This document shows, in pieces, positions 13,117 to 25,319 of a stretch of DNA of 56,436 bases. Numbering within the stretch: the first letter of the stretch is position 1; every line of letters starts with the position of its first letter. The notes under the pieces are model-generated. The model saw nothing but the letters and a program-made list of their open reading frames with translations, was not told the origin of the DNA and made no database searches. The position numbers and the translations under genes were made by a program. The DNA is taken from NCBI RefSeq assembly GCF_001194135.2, contig NC_068996.1, forward strand, positions 51,627,830 through 51,684,265, in the 5' to 3' direction. The DNA comes from Octopus bimaculoides. Its lineage: Eukaryota.

Positions 13117-13618
13117 TGTGGTAGGCTACCATGGTCAGTTATATAGTACTGTTATATGGCCAAAGGAAGAAGGAGAGAGAAAAAGAGTAAGAGAAGTTGT
13201 TGAGTAGAAAGGGTGGTGACAGCTGTGAGTAAAGAGAGGGAGACACATCTTCTCTCTCTGACAGTGAAGAAATAAAGCAGGGATGTATTTCTGCCAAAAG
13301 CTGAGTAAAAGAGAGAGGTATGTTAACTGAGCTAAATGCTGTATAAAAGGGAGAGATATACCTCCACCAAAGGTGCCAAATAAAAGAGGAAGAATTCTAT
13401 TTGGGTTCTGTATTTATAATAATTCCCTAGTTAAAGTAGGTTAGCAGAACAAAAAATTTCTTGTTGGTTAGCTAGTCTGAACTGTTGGTGATCTGAATAG
13501 TCAAGAAATTAACAGATGACTTGTAAATTTCCAAGGTGCTTGTTAACAAAGCAAAGAAAATAAGCAAGCAGTAACAGTTAGGCTCTGGTTTCGATTCCTG
13601 GTTGAAAATCCTACAACA
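13117..13618 (+). mobile_element. Solo LTR, 502 bp
   Basis: Starts TGTGGTAGG and ends CCTACAACA (8/9 inverted match, TG...CA). Identical 6-bp flanks GTCATT at 13111-13116 and 13619-13624; TATAAAA at 13342; AATAAA at 13379. Confidence 0.85.
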
Positions 13619-14299
13619 GTCATTTCAATGTTTATACCCATGTGATTTGTAAATCTTTTGTATGACATATCATGATAGTTGTAAACAAATATCATTGTCA
13701 TACAAGTGAGGCTGTTAGTTTCAGTCTTCTTTGAGAAACATGTCTAGGTATAAGATATCTTGCTTAGAAACAGGTGAGGTTTGTCGACAGGATGGGCACC
13801 CGGCCATAGAAAATCTGCTTCAACAAACTCCTGATCCGTGTAAGCAGCGAAAAATGAAAAGTGGACGTTAGAAATTATGTGTGTGTGTGTGTGCAAATTG
13901 ATAATATATAACATCAGATTTAGATAAAACATGCAATAAGTGTGCGTAAACTAATGATATGTTTGTAAAGTTATGGTTTCAGGTATAGACAGGAAGGCCT
14001 GGAATTTTAACAGAAAATGGGGTCGGGCAACGTTTGTCTTTATGGGGAGTTTTAGGACTAAGGCAAAGTGATATTAACTGATATTTAAATGAAAGTCTCT
14101 ATTGGAGTATCTCTATAAATAAATAAATTCAGAGACGAGATAAATGTGACCGAGTGAAGTTCATGTCTTTCTATAGAGTAACAGTAGCGTAAGTGCTCTC
14201 AGTGAGAAACAGACTTACGAGTGACATGTACATAGATGTATATTGCTTTAGAGAATGCAATGTACATTTCGTGCGTGTAAGACAGCAATTCATCAGATT

Positions 14300-15096
14300 T
14301 TAGCAAACTAAGGTAGAAATATTGGTATCATTTGCATGTCTAGGTGGACGTATTCAAAAAGCACTCCACCCCTTCCTTCTCCGAAATTTTATTTTCGGTT
14401 TCTTTTTTCAACGAAGGAGATTAAATTTCGCTTTACAAAAAAAAGCAGCTTTTAAAATTTCAATTTTACCGCCCTCCACCCAAAATTTGCTTTTCACAGT
14501 TTTCGAATTTTTTTAATATTATAATTCTATTAAAAGCCTGGAAGATTACGATTCTGAAAAAGATTGTTTTCAAAATTTCAATTTTATTAATTATACCAAT
14601 TGCTTACGATAATTTTTCCACTTGCATTTTGTGAGCATAATCCGAAAGAATAGTGCTCGTTAAACAGAGAATCATTAATATTTCTAATGAATTAAGTTTG
14701 TATCGAAAAACACATTTTTTTTTCGAGTTATATCCGAGTACCGATTTAGATGTAAACTTTAAAAAAAGTACAAAATTTACTTACAAATAACAATAATAAT
14801 TTCATGCATTCGAGTAATGCATAAAATGTTTTGTAATCGAAAGTTAAAGAATTCATTCTGATGATTTTATTTAAAGATCATTTAGGAAAAAAAAGAGTTA
14901 AATGACAATGTTCCTCAAGAACAATATAAGTAGATAAGTATATGGGAATATAACAACAAACGGCAACAGACTGTATGAAGAAGTATGAAGAGGAGAGAAA
15001 GACTTGGAGCAAAAGAGAAAAGGCGGAAAAAGATATTTAAAAGACTTTAAGCAAGTGCTATCCCACAATTCAATCGTTTACATGTGAACGCTAAAA
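14300..15096 (+). promoter_or_regulatory. Probable promoter/5' UTR region of the GLYR1-like gene
   Basis: Repeat-poor unique sequence with visibly more CpG than the flanks, directly upstream of the start codon. TSS cannot be placed. Confidence 0.4.
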
Positions 15097-15131
15097 ATGG
15101 CGTCGAAATTCAAGGTTGGAGATCTTGTATG
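15097..15131 (+). CDS. GLYR1: PWWP-domain gene (GLYR1/N-PAC-like), coding exon 1: MASKFKVGDLV(W)
   Basis: ATG at 15097 in AAAAATGG context; GDLVW is the PWWP N-terminal motif; donor TG|gtatgt at 15132 (phase 2). Confidence 0.85.
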
Positions 15132-15248
15132 GTATGTTTAGTAAATGGTTTAATTGCTTTGTTATTCTTTAACCGATTTATGATTTTATTAAACAGCTCT
15201 GTTTTTATCATCTTACATTAACTGATAATTTTTGTTTTTTAAATGCAG

Positions 15249-15285
15249 GGCGAAAATGAAAGGTTTTTGTGCCTGGCCCGCCAAG
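15249..15285 (+). CDS. GLYR1: GLYR1-like exon 2: (W)AKMKGFCAWPAK
   Basis: Acceptor ttttaaatgcag|, donor AAG|gtaagt; 37 nt completes the W codon; AKMKGF..WP is the PWWP signature. Confidence 0.9.
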
Positions 15286-16804
15286 GTAAGTTGTATTATA
15301 TGCATTCTGGTTGATGGCTGGAGAACGTGTAGTTTTATTGTTTCTGATTCGAATAGCGCCAATATGATGGTGATGCATACAATATCGAACCACCAAAAAA
15401 TACTCCTTATATTTATTTCGTTAGCTTTAATATATTTAGATAAAACAAAGGATATATTTCTCATTATTGATTAGATTAACGTATATATATATTAGATTGT
15501 TTGATACATACATCTATATATATTGCATACTTTTTTTTCCCCATCTTCACTTTTCCTTAATTACAAATTGTTTGATTTTTAAAATGTCCATAAAAGTTTC
15601 TATTTACGAAAACAAGCCATCTCTTCATCTGGTTCATTTCTTAAACTCTGTCATCTGGAAGCGTTAACAGAAAAAAAGTTATTAGTATTTATTTATTGGG
15701 TATTGTTTGGCATTATGGAATAATTGTGGATTGAAGGGAGCTAACAGCATGCTGTGGCCCGCTCTCCTCGCCGGGGCCGCACTTTTTTTTTTGCGGTAAA
15801 ACACCGTTATTTATTTCACATTAATCTGCCATTTTCCATGTTTACTTTCACAATATATTCTTCGCAGTATTAACACTTCTTTCTCTTCCAGTTGTGTTTT
15901 GAAAACAAAATATTAAATATGCACAAGTTAAAAGAAATCCTGTAGAAACTCTTCTCGTTTGGTTTACCACGTTAGTTTCTGTTAAATATTTCATGTATAC
16001 CGAAACAAAATCTTCACATTCTTTAAAATAATTTCAGAAAATGACCTCCAGTTTAAGATTAAAGTTTTAAAAATCATATAGGTACTTAAAAATCATATCG
16101 GAACCTGAAATGGTTAGGTGCACGTATTTTGATCACTTTACGTTATGGATCAAATTCTTTGTTAAAAGGAGGGACTGGCATTGGAATTCGAATTGGTATC
16201 AAGAACATCAAATTCAGGATTTAATTAAAGTTTAAGCTTAATGAGCACTTTTCAGATAACTTTTTGTATATTTATATTTCTGTAGAGTTTTAAAAGTAAA
16301 CGAATTACCGTGCTATAATAATATCACTAGGAAATTTTTCAGTTTATTCCTCTACATTCAGTTTTGTAACCAGTTTTAGAGATAGAACAGTGAAATAAAT
16401 TTCATTTTGGATTTGGTATTTTTTTTTTATTGAAAAAAATATTTGGAGAGATTTTTTGTGATAAGATAGTTCTGTAAAATGACATTTTTAAAAAACGTTT
16501 TAGTTTTAATAACTTTCTGTATCAATCGTTTTAACTGTCAGGGAAGTGCTCATTCAAGTATTTGCCGGTTCTTTGAGAACCATTAAGGAGTACTGCTTAT
16601 ATAAACTTAGATAAAAGCATAAGAATTATAGGTAGTTCGGCATCTTGTACATGTTCACAAATATCCCTTAATCTAAAACTGCTAATTATTATTTCATTCA
16701 TTAAAGTTGTCTATTTTAAAACTTGCAAAATCAAATAACTGATCACTGATATTTAAATATTCCTTTTCTTTATATCTCCTTTTAAAATTAATATTTTCTT
16801 TCAG

Positions 16805-16887
16805 ATTATTGAACCCATGTCTGAAGTTAAAAGACCAACTAGCAAAAAGACACATCATTTTGTTTTTTTTTTTGGTTCTGAAAACTA
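16805..16887 (+). CDS. GLYR1: GLYR1-like exon 3: IIEPMSEVKRPTSKKTHHFVFFFGSEN(Y)
   Basis: Polypyrimidine acceptor ttttcttttcag|, donor TA|gtaagt; 83 nt, phase 0 to 2; VFFFGS.N matches N-PAC-type PWWP as recalled. Confidence 0.9.
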
Positions 16888-18572
16888 GTAAGTAAATTTA
16901 TGATTTTCTAAATTAAACAATTTAGCATGTGTATAAGACACATGTGAACGCAAGTTATGAGCCAGTGTGTCATAAATTCTTCACTCATTCTCCAAGATAC
17001 ATTGCTGTATTTATTTATGGCAGAGGTTCCTCGAAATGCTGAGGAATAACCATTCTAAAAGAGATGAGTGAGCGACGAGAGCTCGCAGATTAAAAATGAT
17101 AGTGAAAGCGTTCTTGGGTTTTCTTCAACTTTTTTTTTATTCCACTTACCTCCACTACCCCACAGCACTCTTTACCTTGCACTTAAATTTTCATTACATA
17201 TCCTAATTATTGTAATCATCTCTGTTAGGTTCCCCCACCCTCACTTTTAATCTGAAAGTTGAAGATATGAGTTCAGTGTGTTTAATGTTCAGCAATGTAA
17301 TAATTTTGATAACCTTATCTTTCACCTGATTCCAACACCTCATATTGTTTGATCTTTTACTGTTTATCTGCAAGCCATTTGGGTTTTCTTAAATTTTTAT
17401 TTTTTCCCATGTCTCTGCCCACTACATGTTGAGAATTCCTTCTTTGAAAACCACTTGTATATTTCCTTAATTATGGAAATATTGTTGCTATTAATTGCCA
17501 TGAAGTTTTAGTCCATAGATATAGAATAATGCATTCATTTTTTAAGATGCACCATCAACAAACATCCAGTTAGAAATGTATTTGTGCAGATTGTTGTTAA
17601 TCTTTATATCAAAATGAAACATCTTTTTTTTATTTATGAATGCTGTATTCTTTCAGCTGTTAATTCTTTACAAGGCGCAAATGTAGCTAGTTCAAACTAC
17701 AACATTGTCAACAATTGTGTCTTGCATGGTGTTGCTTTTAAAAAAATCGACACTACCAAAAATTTGCATGTTTTATAGAGGTGGCCACCCATTTCGTAGC
17801 ATATTTAAAAACTGATCGAGAAATATCTTGTTTATAGTTAATATTGAAATATTGTACTTGATGCATTTTACCCACTTTTCTTTTTATATCTAATTGCCTT
17901 CTCCAAAAATACATCTCTGAAATTCCTCTACTCCAAGCAAATTGCAAAAATTTAAACTGGTTATTACTCTGTATAACACCCTATATACCCTAGTTCTTGA
18001 AATAAAAGGGTCTATGAAGCATTGGAATATTTTCCTCATATCACAAAATGAGATCTGTTTCAGCATATATCATGCATTACTTGAGGTTGTTTTAGGGTTT
18101 TTATTCTCCAAAAATTTGAGCAACCAAATCTCTTACCACTGACACATACTTCTGGTTTTATTTTCTACAGCAGTATGCTGCGACCTTTTTTTTTCACTTG
18201 CAGTACACTTATATTGTTTTCAAAATTTGGTGTCACACCTGAACTAAAAGTATAAGGAAAAAAAAATTATATTCAGGTTACACTGCGTCACACCGAGCAT
18301 CTTCTTGTGGCACACTGGTGTGCCATGGCATACTGGTTGTGGAGCATTGTTTCTTAAATGTGAGCAGTACTACTAGTGAGGGCAGTTAAAAATTTTATAT
18401 GGGTATTTGGCACAAAAGAGTTGTGGGGGTGCATAGATGTATATGTACAGTTTTTTAATTATTGTCTCCTCATTAAGTAGTAATTTTAAAGAGAATTTGG
18501 TCGCAAGTGCAGCAACAACAACATCAACAATAATGGACTTTGAAATGTGAATATGTAAACAAACAAAAATGA

Positions 18573-18606
<34 letters not shown>

Positions 18607-18611
18607 ATATG

Positions 18612-18653
<42 letters not shown>

Positions 18654-18662
18654 TACACTATA

Positions 18663-21073
18663 CATCATCATCATCGTTTAACGTCCACTTTCCATGCTGA
18701 CATGGGTTGAACGGTTTGACTGAGGACTGGTGAACCAGATGGCTACACCAGGCTCTAATCTGATCTGGCAAAGTTTCTACATCTGGATGCCCTTCCTAAT
18801 ACCAACCACTCCAAGTGTGTAGTGGGTGCTTTTTACGTGCTACTGGCATGAGGGCGAGTCAGGCGGTTCTGGCAACGACCATGCTCAAAAGGTGTTTTTA
18901 CATGCTACCTGCACGGGAGCCAGTCCGGTGGCACTGGCAACGACCACACTCGAATGTTATTTTTTCACATGCCGGGCAATGATCACGCTCAAATCCGTGG
19001 CCCTGGCAACAATCATGCTCCGATATGCTTTTCAATGTTCCACTGGCATGAGTGCCAATCGGGCGGTACTGTCATTGGCCACGTCAGCGATTTTGGTTTG
19101 CTTACACTTGCCTCAATAGGTCTTCGCAAGCAAAGTTCATTGTCCAGTGAATGAGAGGTACTCATAAGTGGGCTGGTTACACCCCATGTTCGGATGTGCT
19201 TTTAATATTTCACTGGCACAAGTGCCAATCAGGCAGTCCTGTCATTGGCCACGTCAGCAATTTTGATTTTGATTTCACTTGCCTCAATAAGTCTTCACAA
19301 GCAAAGTTTATTGTCCAATGAATGAGCGGTATGCATAAGTGGGCTGGTTATACCCACTGGCATAGGCCACGGGTTATGGTCTCACTTGGCTTGTCGGGTC
19401 TTCTCAAGCACAGCATATCTCCAAAGGTCTCGGTCACTAGTCATTGCCTCAGTGAAGCCCAATGTTTGAAGGTTGTACTTCACCACCTCATCCCAGGTCT
19501 TCCTGGGTCTACCTCTTCTACAGGTTCCCTCAACTGTTAGAGTGTGACACTTTTTCACACAGCTGTCTTCAGCCATATGCAACACATGACCATACCAGCG
19601 CAGTCGTCTCTCTTGCACACCACATCTGATCCTTCTTATGTCCAACATTTCTCTCAGGACGCTCACACACTGACATCCAGTGGAACATACTGGCTTCATT
19701 CCTTGCAAGCTTACACATGTCCTCAGCAGTTACGGCCCATGTTTCACTGCCATGTAGCATGGCTATTTGTACACTTGCGTCATACAGTCTACCTTTTACT
19801 CTGAGCGAGAGGCCTTTGTCACCAGCAGAGGTAGGAGCTCTCTGAACTTTGCCCAGGCTATTCTTATTCTAGCAGCTACACTTTCAGAGCATCTACCCCT
19901 GCTACTGACCTGGTCACCTAGGTAATGGAAGCTATCAACCACTTCTAGTTTTCCTCCCTGGAATGTGACAGAAGCTGTTCTCTGCACATTTTCAGTGTTT
20001 ATTGCTCCTGAGCATTTGCCACATACAAAAACTATCTTCCCAGTTAGCTCCCTTTGATATTGCTGCACCTCTTATGTGTCCATAGCTTACATTAGGTACA
20101 TCTTATAGAGTTTCTACCTACGCCTTTTCTACAGATCGAGCGGGGCCATCTACTTGAAGGGATTTGTGGTTTGTCTGCCTTCCTACTTATTAAGACTTTG
20201 GTTTTAGCTAGGTTGAATCTAAGGCCCATCGATTCTAGACCTTGTTCCACACCTGAAACTTTTCCTCTAATTCTGATAGTGACTCGGCTATTAGAGCAAG
20301 GTCGTCAGCATCTTATTTTGAATTCCTGTGTTATTGCCTGGAGGACTATGGTGGATAAGAGAGGGCTGAGGACTGATCCTTGGTGGACCCCTACCCCTAC
20401 TTGGAATTCTTCACTGTACTCGTTGCCAACCCTCACCTTACTGACAGCGTCCCTGTACATGGCTTGCACAGCTCTCACTAACCATTCTTCTATCCCTAGT
20501 TTCCTCATTGACCACCAGATAAGGGATCGAGGGACCCTGTCAAAGGCTTTCTCCATGTCAACGAAAGCCAGGTATATAGGTTTATCTTTGGCTAGGTATT
20601 TCTCCTGCAGCTATCTTACCAGAAATATAGCATCAGTGGTGCTTTTCCCTGGCACGAACCCAAACTGCATCTCATCTAGACTGACTCTCTCCCTGATTAG
20701 TTGGGCTATGACCCTCTCAGTGACTTTCATTACCTGATCCAATAACTTGATACTTCTGTAATTATTTGTATCTAATGCATCACCTTTACCTTTGTAGCAG
20801 TTGACTATGGTTCTGCTACACCAGTCATTGGGTATGGCTCCTTCATGTATCACCTGGTTAACAATACGGGTGACTAGGCTATAGCCGACATTGCCAGATA
20901 TTTTGTGCATCTCTACAGTGATTCCTGAAGGGCCGGAGGCTTTCCCTGTTTTCATACTCTTAATTGCTTTATCTGTCAAGGTACTGTCAATTCGGATAGC
21001 TGGTCCCTCTGTTGGGTCGTCATTCGGCACAGCAGACTCTCTTTCTCCCATTCATTCTCTTTATTGAGCAACC
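18663..21073 (-). mobile_element. RTE-clade LINE of the same family (RT to 3' tail), cut by the N gap
   Basis: RT fragments in ORFs 20611-21051 and 20305-20556, PHD-like region ~20010-20165, C-terminus 19382-19708, long 3' UTR with sub-repeats, (CAT)n at 18663. Confidence 0.95.
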
Positions 21074-21365
21074 NNNNNNNNNNNNNNNNNNNNNNNNNNN
21101 NNNNNNNNNNNNNNNNNNNNNNNNNNNNNNNNNNNNNNNNNNNNNNNNNNNNNNNNNNNNNNNNNNNNNNNNNNNNNNNNNNNNNNNNNNNNNNNNNNNN
21201 NNNNNNNNNNNNNNNNNNNNNNNNNNNNNNNNNNNNNNNNNNNNNNNNNNNNNNNNNNNNNNNNNNNNNNNNNNNNNNNNNNNNNNNNNNNNNNNNNNNN
21301 NNNNNNNNNNNNNNNNNNNNNNNNNNNNNNNNNNNNNNNNNNNNNNNNNNNNNNNNNNNNNNNNN
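21074..21365. other. Assembly gap (N)
   Basis: N run. Confidence 1.
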
Positions 21366-21593
21366 TATTTAGTTTAAAAGAGTTCCAACACTGTCTGTTT
21401 TTTATGTTTTATTTATATTCCTGCAGAACCAATGTGGGGTATAGAATATGGAATATACAATATATAATATAATATACAATATATAATATAAAATAAAATA
21501 AAATAAAAATGGATGGCACCATGAAAGAAAGTATTGAATGTAGATGAAATATTGAGTGTTCAATATAAAGGATCAAATATATAAATATATAAA

Positions 21594-21635
21594 GGTGACT
21601 CGAGTTTCAGGGCTATTTCCCTTCATCATGGCCGG
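21594..21635 (-). ncRNA. Degenerate minimal type-I hammerhead ribozyme motif (C3 to A)
   Basis: Minus strand (A)UGAUGA AGGG aaauag CCCU GAAA C UCGA GUC acc; palindromic stem III ACUCGAGU; stem I is weak. Confidence 0.55.
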
Positions 21636-21639
21636 TATG

Positions 21640-22270
21640 ACTGACTTTAAACAGAAGTCAACTTTGTGGCAGACACTTAGAAGCAATAAATCAGTAAATG
21701 CTAAGGACCCACAAGAAATAGATTTTATCAAATGCCCTGGTTGATGGCTACGGTTACCAAGGTTACTGAATTCACAGTAGAAGTAGATGTTCTGAAAGAA
21801 TAGTTGCTAGAAAAAGAATCTACCTGTTGGAAAAGATTCAGCTCTTACCTCTCTCTCTTTGTGTAAAGGTTGTTTGTATATTGCTTATATAAGTAGAGTG
21901 ATGTTATATGGCAGTGAAACATGGGTCATCAATGCAGAAGTCCTGTGAAGACTAGAAAGAAATGAAGCTTGCATGCTATGCTGGATGTGTAATGTTAGTG
22001 TAGATATATGATAGTGCAAATGTGTTGATAGGTTGGTAGAAAAATTGGGTACAAGAGGTACCAGATGTAGTGTGCAAGAGAAATATGGCCATGGATGAGG
22101 ACAGCTGCATAAAGAAGTGCTGATTACTAAATCTGAATGGAATTTGTGGAAGGGAGTGACCCGGAAAGATGGACAAAGTAATGAATACCAACCTCGTGAG
22201 GCTCACTGAAGAGATGAACAAATGACCAAAACGTTTGAGGATGTGCTGCTCTTGAGAAGATCCTTCCATC
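21640..22270 (+). mobile_element. Degraded RTE LINE fragment (second subfamily)
   Basis: QEIDFIKC segment resembles 52195-52230; LYGSETW-like DNA (gttatatggcagtgaaacatggg) and C-terminal remnants follow. Confidence 0.6.
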
Positions 22271-23206
22271 TCAGCAGAAATGAGATCCTAATATTGTCAA
22301 TGTCCTTCTGTACCCAATCTGTGTGGGAGCAGAACTGCACATATTTCATTACCCCTTTTGTACTGGCCATTTTCTCCCTCATTGGAACCACTTTCCTTGT
22401 TACTCATCCTGTACTTCCAACATAAACCCCTACCACTATTTTTACTGAACACCCTTCATATCTGTTACTAATACCCCCTCCACACCTTTATTACAATATT
22501 CACCCCTACATAACTGATTTCCTCTTTCCCGTACCCTTCACATCTCCTTATTTCTCATTTATCTAGTTATATTGTTGCTTTCCCCTTTTTATGAATCACC
22601 TCCTCCCTGACCCACTCCTATTTTCTTTTACTTTCCCCAACAAACTGAGACTCACCATTACCCATACCTCCATCCTTGTTCATTATTCACTGCATTCACT
22701 TCTACCCTCATCTCTTACCATCTAACCGATGGTAGAGATGGGGATCGAGAGAAATGCACATCCACCTTCCTGTCTGTCTTTCCTGTTGGCTTGTAATACA
22801 TGTTCATTACAGCAAGACACCTCTCTCCTCCCATTCTGTCAATAGGTTTTGTGAATTATTTGGTGACCTCACTTGTACTGGTACTTTGTAAACAGCACCT
22901 AGTACACTCTGTAAAATGGTTGGTATTAGAAAGGTATCCTGCCGTAGAAACTATTCCAAAACATGTTGGAGCTCAGTGCGATCCTCTGACTTGTCAGATC
23001 CTGTAGAGCTATTCAATTCTGCTGTCAGATGTTGATGTTAGATGATAATGATGATGTATATGCCTGAATATTGTTGATTCTTGGTATGTCTCCTAAACCT
23101 ACTCATGTGCAAATGAGCACACAAACTGAAAATTCAGTGTCTGTGAACGTAACAAAATACAGCAAATTGGAATGCACACAAAATTTCAACTGAAGGCCAC
23201 AAGGCA

Positions 23207-23212
<6 letters not shown>

Positions 23213-23261
<49 letters not shown>
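23213..23261. repeat. (TA)n microsatellite; others at 1-35, 2472-2493, 5372-5404, 18570-18650, 39214-39243 and 51305-51338
   Basis: Visible directly. Confidence 0.97.
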
Positions 23262-23265
<4 letters not shown>

Positions 23266-23789
23266 GTACAAATAATATGCATTTTGGTTTGGTCAAAGTC
23301 ATGTGTTAAAGGTTTAGATATTTAATTTAATGATAGTCTCTCAAATCTAAGAAAGCTGGTTCTGCAATTTCTTGCTGAATAATCTGCATGGATGATATAT
23401 ATCTAGAGATGAGATGTTTGTGCTGTACATTAGCTCACTTCCTTCATCAAATAAATGTTACCTGAACAAGTGCACAAGTGTTCTACAATATCAGCTGTTG
23501 AATTGATTGTGAAACAATGTTTGATGAAGTGTTTTGCTCAAGAAAACAACACATTACCTGGTCTGGAAATTGAACCCACGATCTTGTGAATGCAACACTC
23601 TAAACATTGGGCCGTGCATCTTTACTTAAGTCAATAATTAAAATCATGCAGTGGTGCATCAAATATTTGCTTTCAGTAGGGTGTTGGTATGGTAAGTAAT
23701 TAACTGTTTCAAACTAGTACATGGAATTAAATTACTCTAGATTAATAGTATTTGTATGTACACGAAAAACCGTCGTAGGTATTGAAATC

Positions 23790-24100
23790 ATCATCATCAT
23801 CGTTTAACGTCCACTTTCCATGCTAGCATGGGTTGGACGATTTGACTGGGGAGTGGTGAACCAGATGGCTGCACCAGACTCCAATCTGATTTGGCAGAGT
23901 TTCTACAGCTGGATGCCTTTCCTAACGCCAACCACTCCGAGAGTGTAGTGGGCGCTTTTACATGCCACCGGCACGGGGGCCAGTCACACAGTACTGGCAA
24001 CGGCCATGCTAAAAAGGTGTTTTTTACGTGCCACCTGCACGGGAGTCAGTCCAGCGGCACTGGCAATGACCTCGCTTGAATGATTTTCTAACGTGCCACC
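23790..24100 (-). mobile_element. Solo RTE 3' tail; similar copies near 5660-5815, 13755-13875, 30990-31310, 31600-31770, 32815-33035, 52740-52982, 53380-53600 and 53910-54182
   Basis: Shared ggttggcgttaggaagggcatccagctgtagaaac...cccatgctagcatggaaag..gacgttaaacg(atg)n, matching the 3' ends of the longer RTE copies. Confidence 0.85.
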
Positions 24101-24512
24101 AATTAAATAAAAAGAGTAATCATTAAATAAATTTGAAAAGCAGTGTTCTAGAGTTATAATTTTACTTTTAATCAATGTGTTACATTTTAAAGAATGCTAC
24201 TGATAAGATGCAACTATTATAAATAAGCAATAATTTTTTTTTTTTAAATCCTCCATTACTATTCTCAAAATATTAAAATGCTTTTGTTACATACATACCA
24301 TGTATTCAATTCTATATCTCCTTTCTTGCTGCTCTTCATGCTGTTGAAATGGGGGTGGGGGTCAGTAATTTCAATTTCCACTACAATCCCAGAATATTGT
24401 ATAAGTTCTTATCCTTTTTGTTCTTTGATTAGTTTTGTTTTCAATTTTCAATATTGCAATTCATTTTGAGACCCTGTAACAGAAGTACAAATCATTGACA
24501 TCTTCTTGTTAA

Positions 24513-24704
24513 CCCTTTTGGTTCCAATCCAACTGAGACTTCCCCTAATTCATGGTTTTAAACTGATCTCAAAACCTTTCTTCAAAATTTCATGTTGATT
24601 TATGTTTGAAACATCAACTTAATAATGGCAAAATTATTTTACTACTTCATTATTTAATTTAAAGAAAAGCGTTGTATTTCGATGGAAATGTGGTAATGAA
24701 AGGT
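24513..24704. mobile_element. piggyBac-type MITE
   Basis: TTAA on both sides; degenerate TIRs cccttttggttcca / tggtaatgaaaggt. Confidence 0.6.
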
Positions 24705-25319
24705 TTAATATATTGCAGAGTTGTTCAAATGTTTTTAATATTCTTTCAAAACATTTAAAAAATGATTCTACCACTGTTTATAGATTGGCCAAAGGGCCAC
24801 AGAAATACTTTTTTCTGTACATGTTGAATCTAGAGGAAAGGGCATTGCCCGTAATTTTGCAGGTCCTCCAACCATGATGAGTTTGATGCCAAAGATTTCC
24901 ATTAGTCAATCATGCTTCAACATAGTCATTTAACCAATCTCAACTAGTCAAGATTCAGAGTACTGTGTATTACTAAACTTTTTGATTGCTGGATACAAAA
25001 ACGTCTCATGAGACTTCCATTCAGGTGATTTTCTTAAGTCACCATCTCACTATGTAACTTCCTTTCCCGGACCCTGTGGTGTATACTCTCCTCCACCCTA
25101 TCCCCCCAGACAGGATGCTGGTCTGTCATTGGATTATTAATATTTACCAGCTGGGTGAACTGATGCAACTTGAAATGAAGTGTTTTGCTCAAGAATGCAA
25201 TGCATAGCTCGGCCCAGGAATCAAAACCACAATTTTGATCATGATTGCAACACCCTAAGCACAAGCCATGTGCCTTCCATTTAAACTTAGCAGGTAAAGA
25301 CATGAACGTGGAGAAGATA

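Noticed and set aside
15286-16804. Intronic C/D or H/ACA snoRNA in introns 1-2
   Set aside because: No paired C (RUGAUGA) and D (CUGA) boxes with a terminal stem were found by eye.
17640-17778. Cryptic exon in intron 3
   Set aside because: Phase incompatible with exon 3 (immediate stop) and no strong donor.
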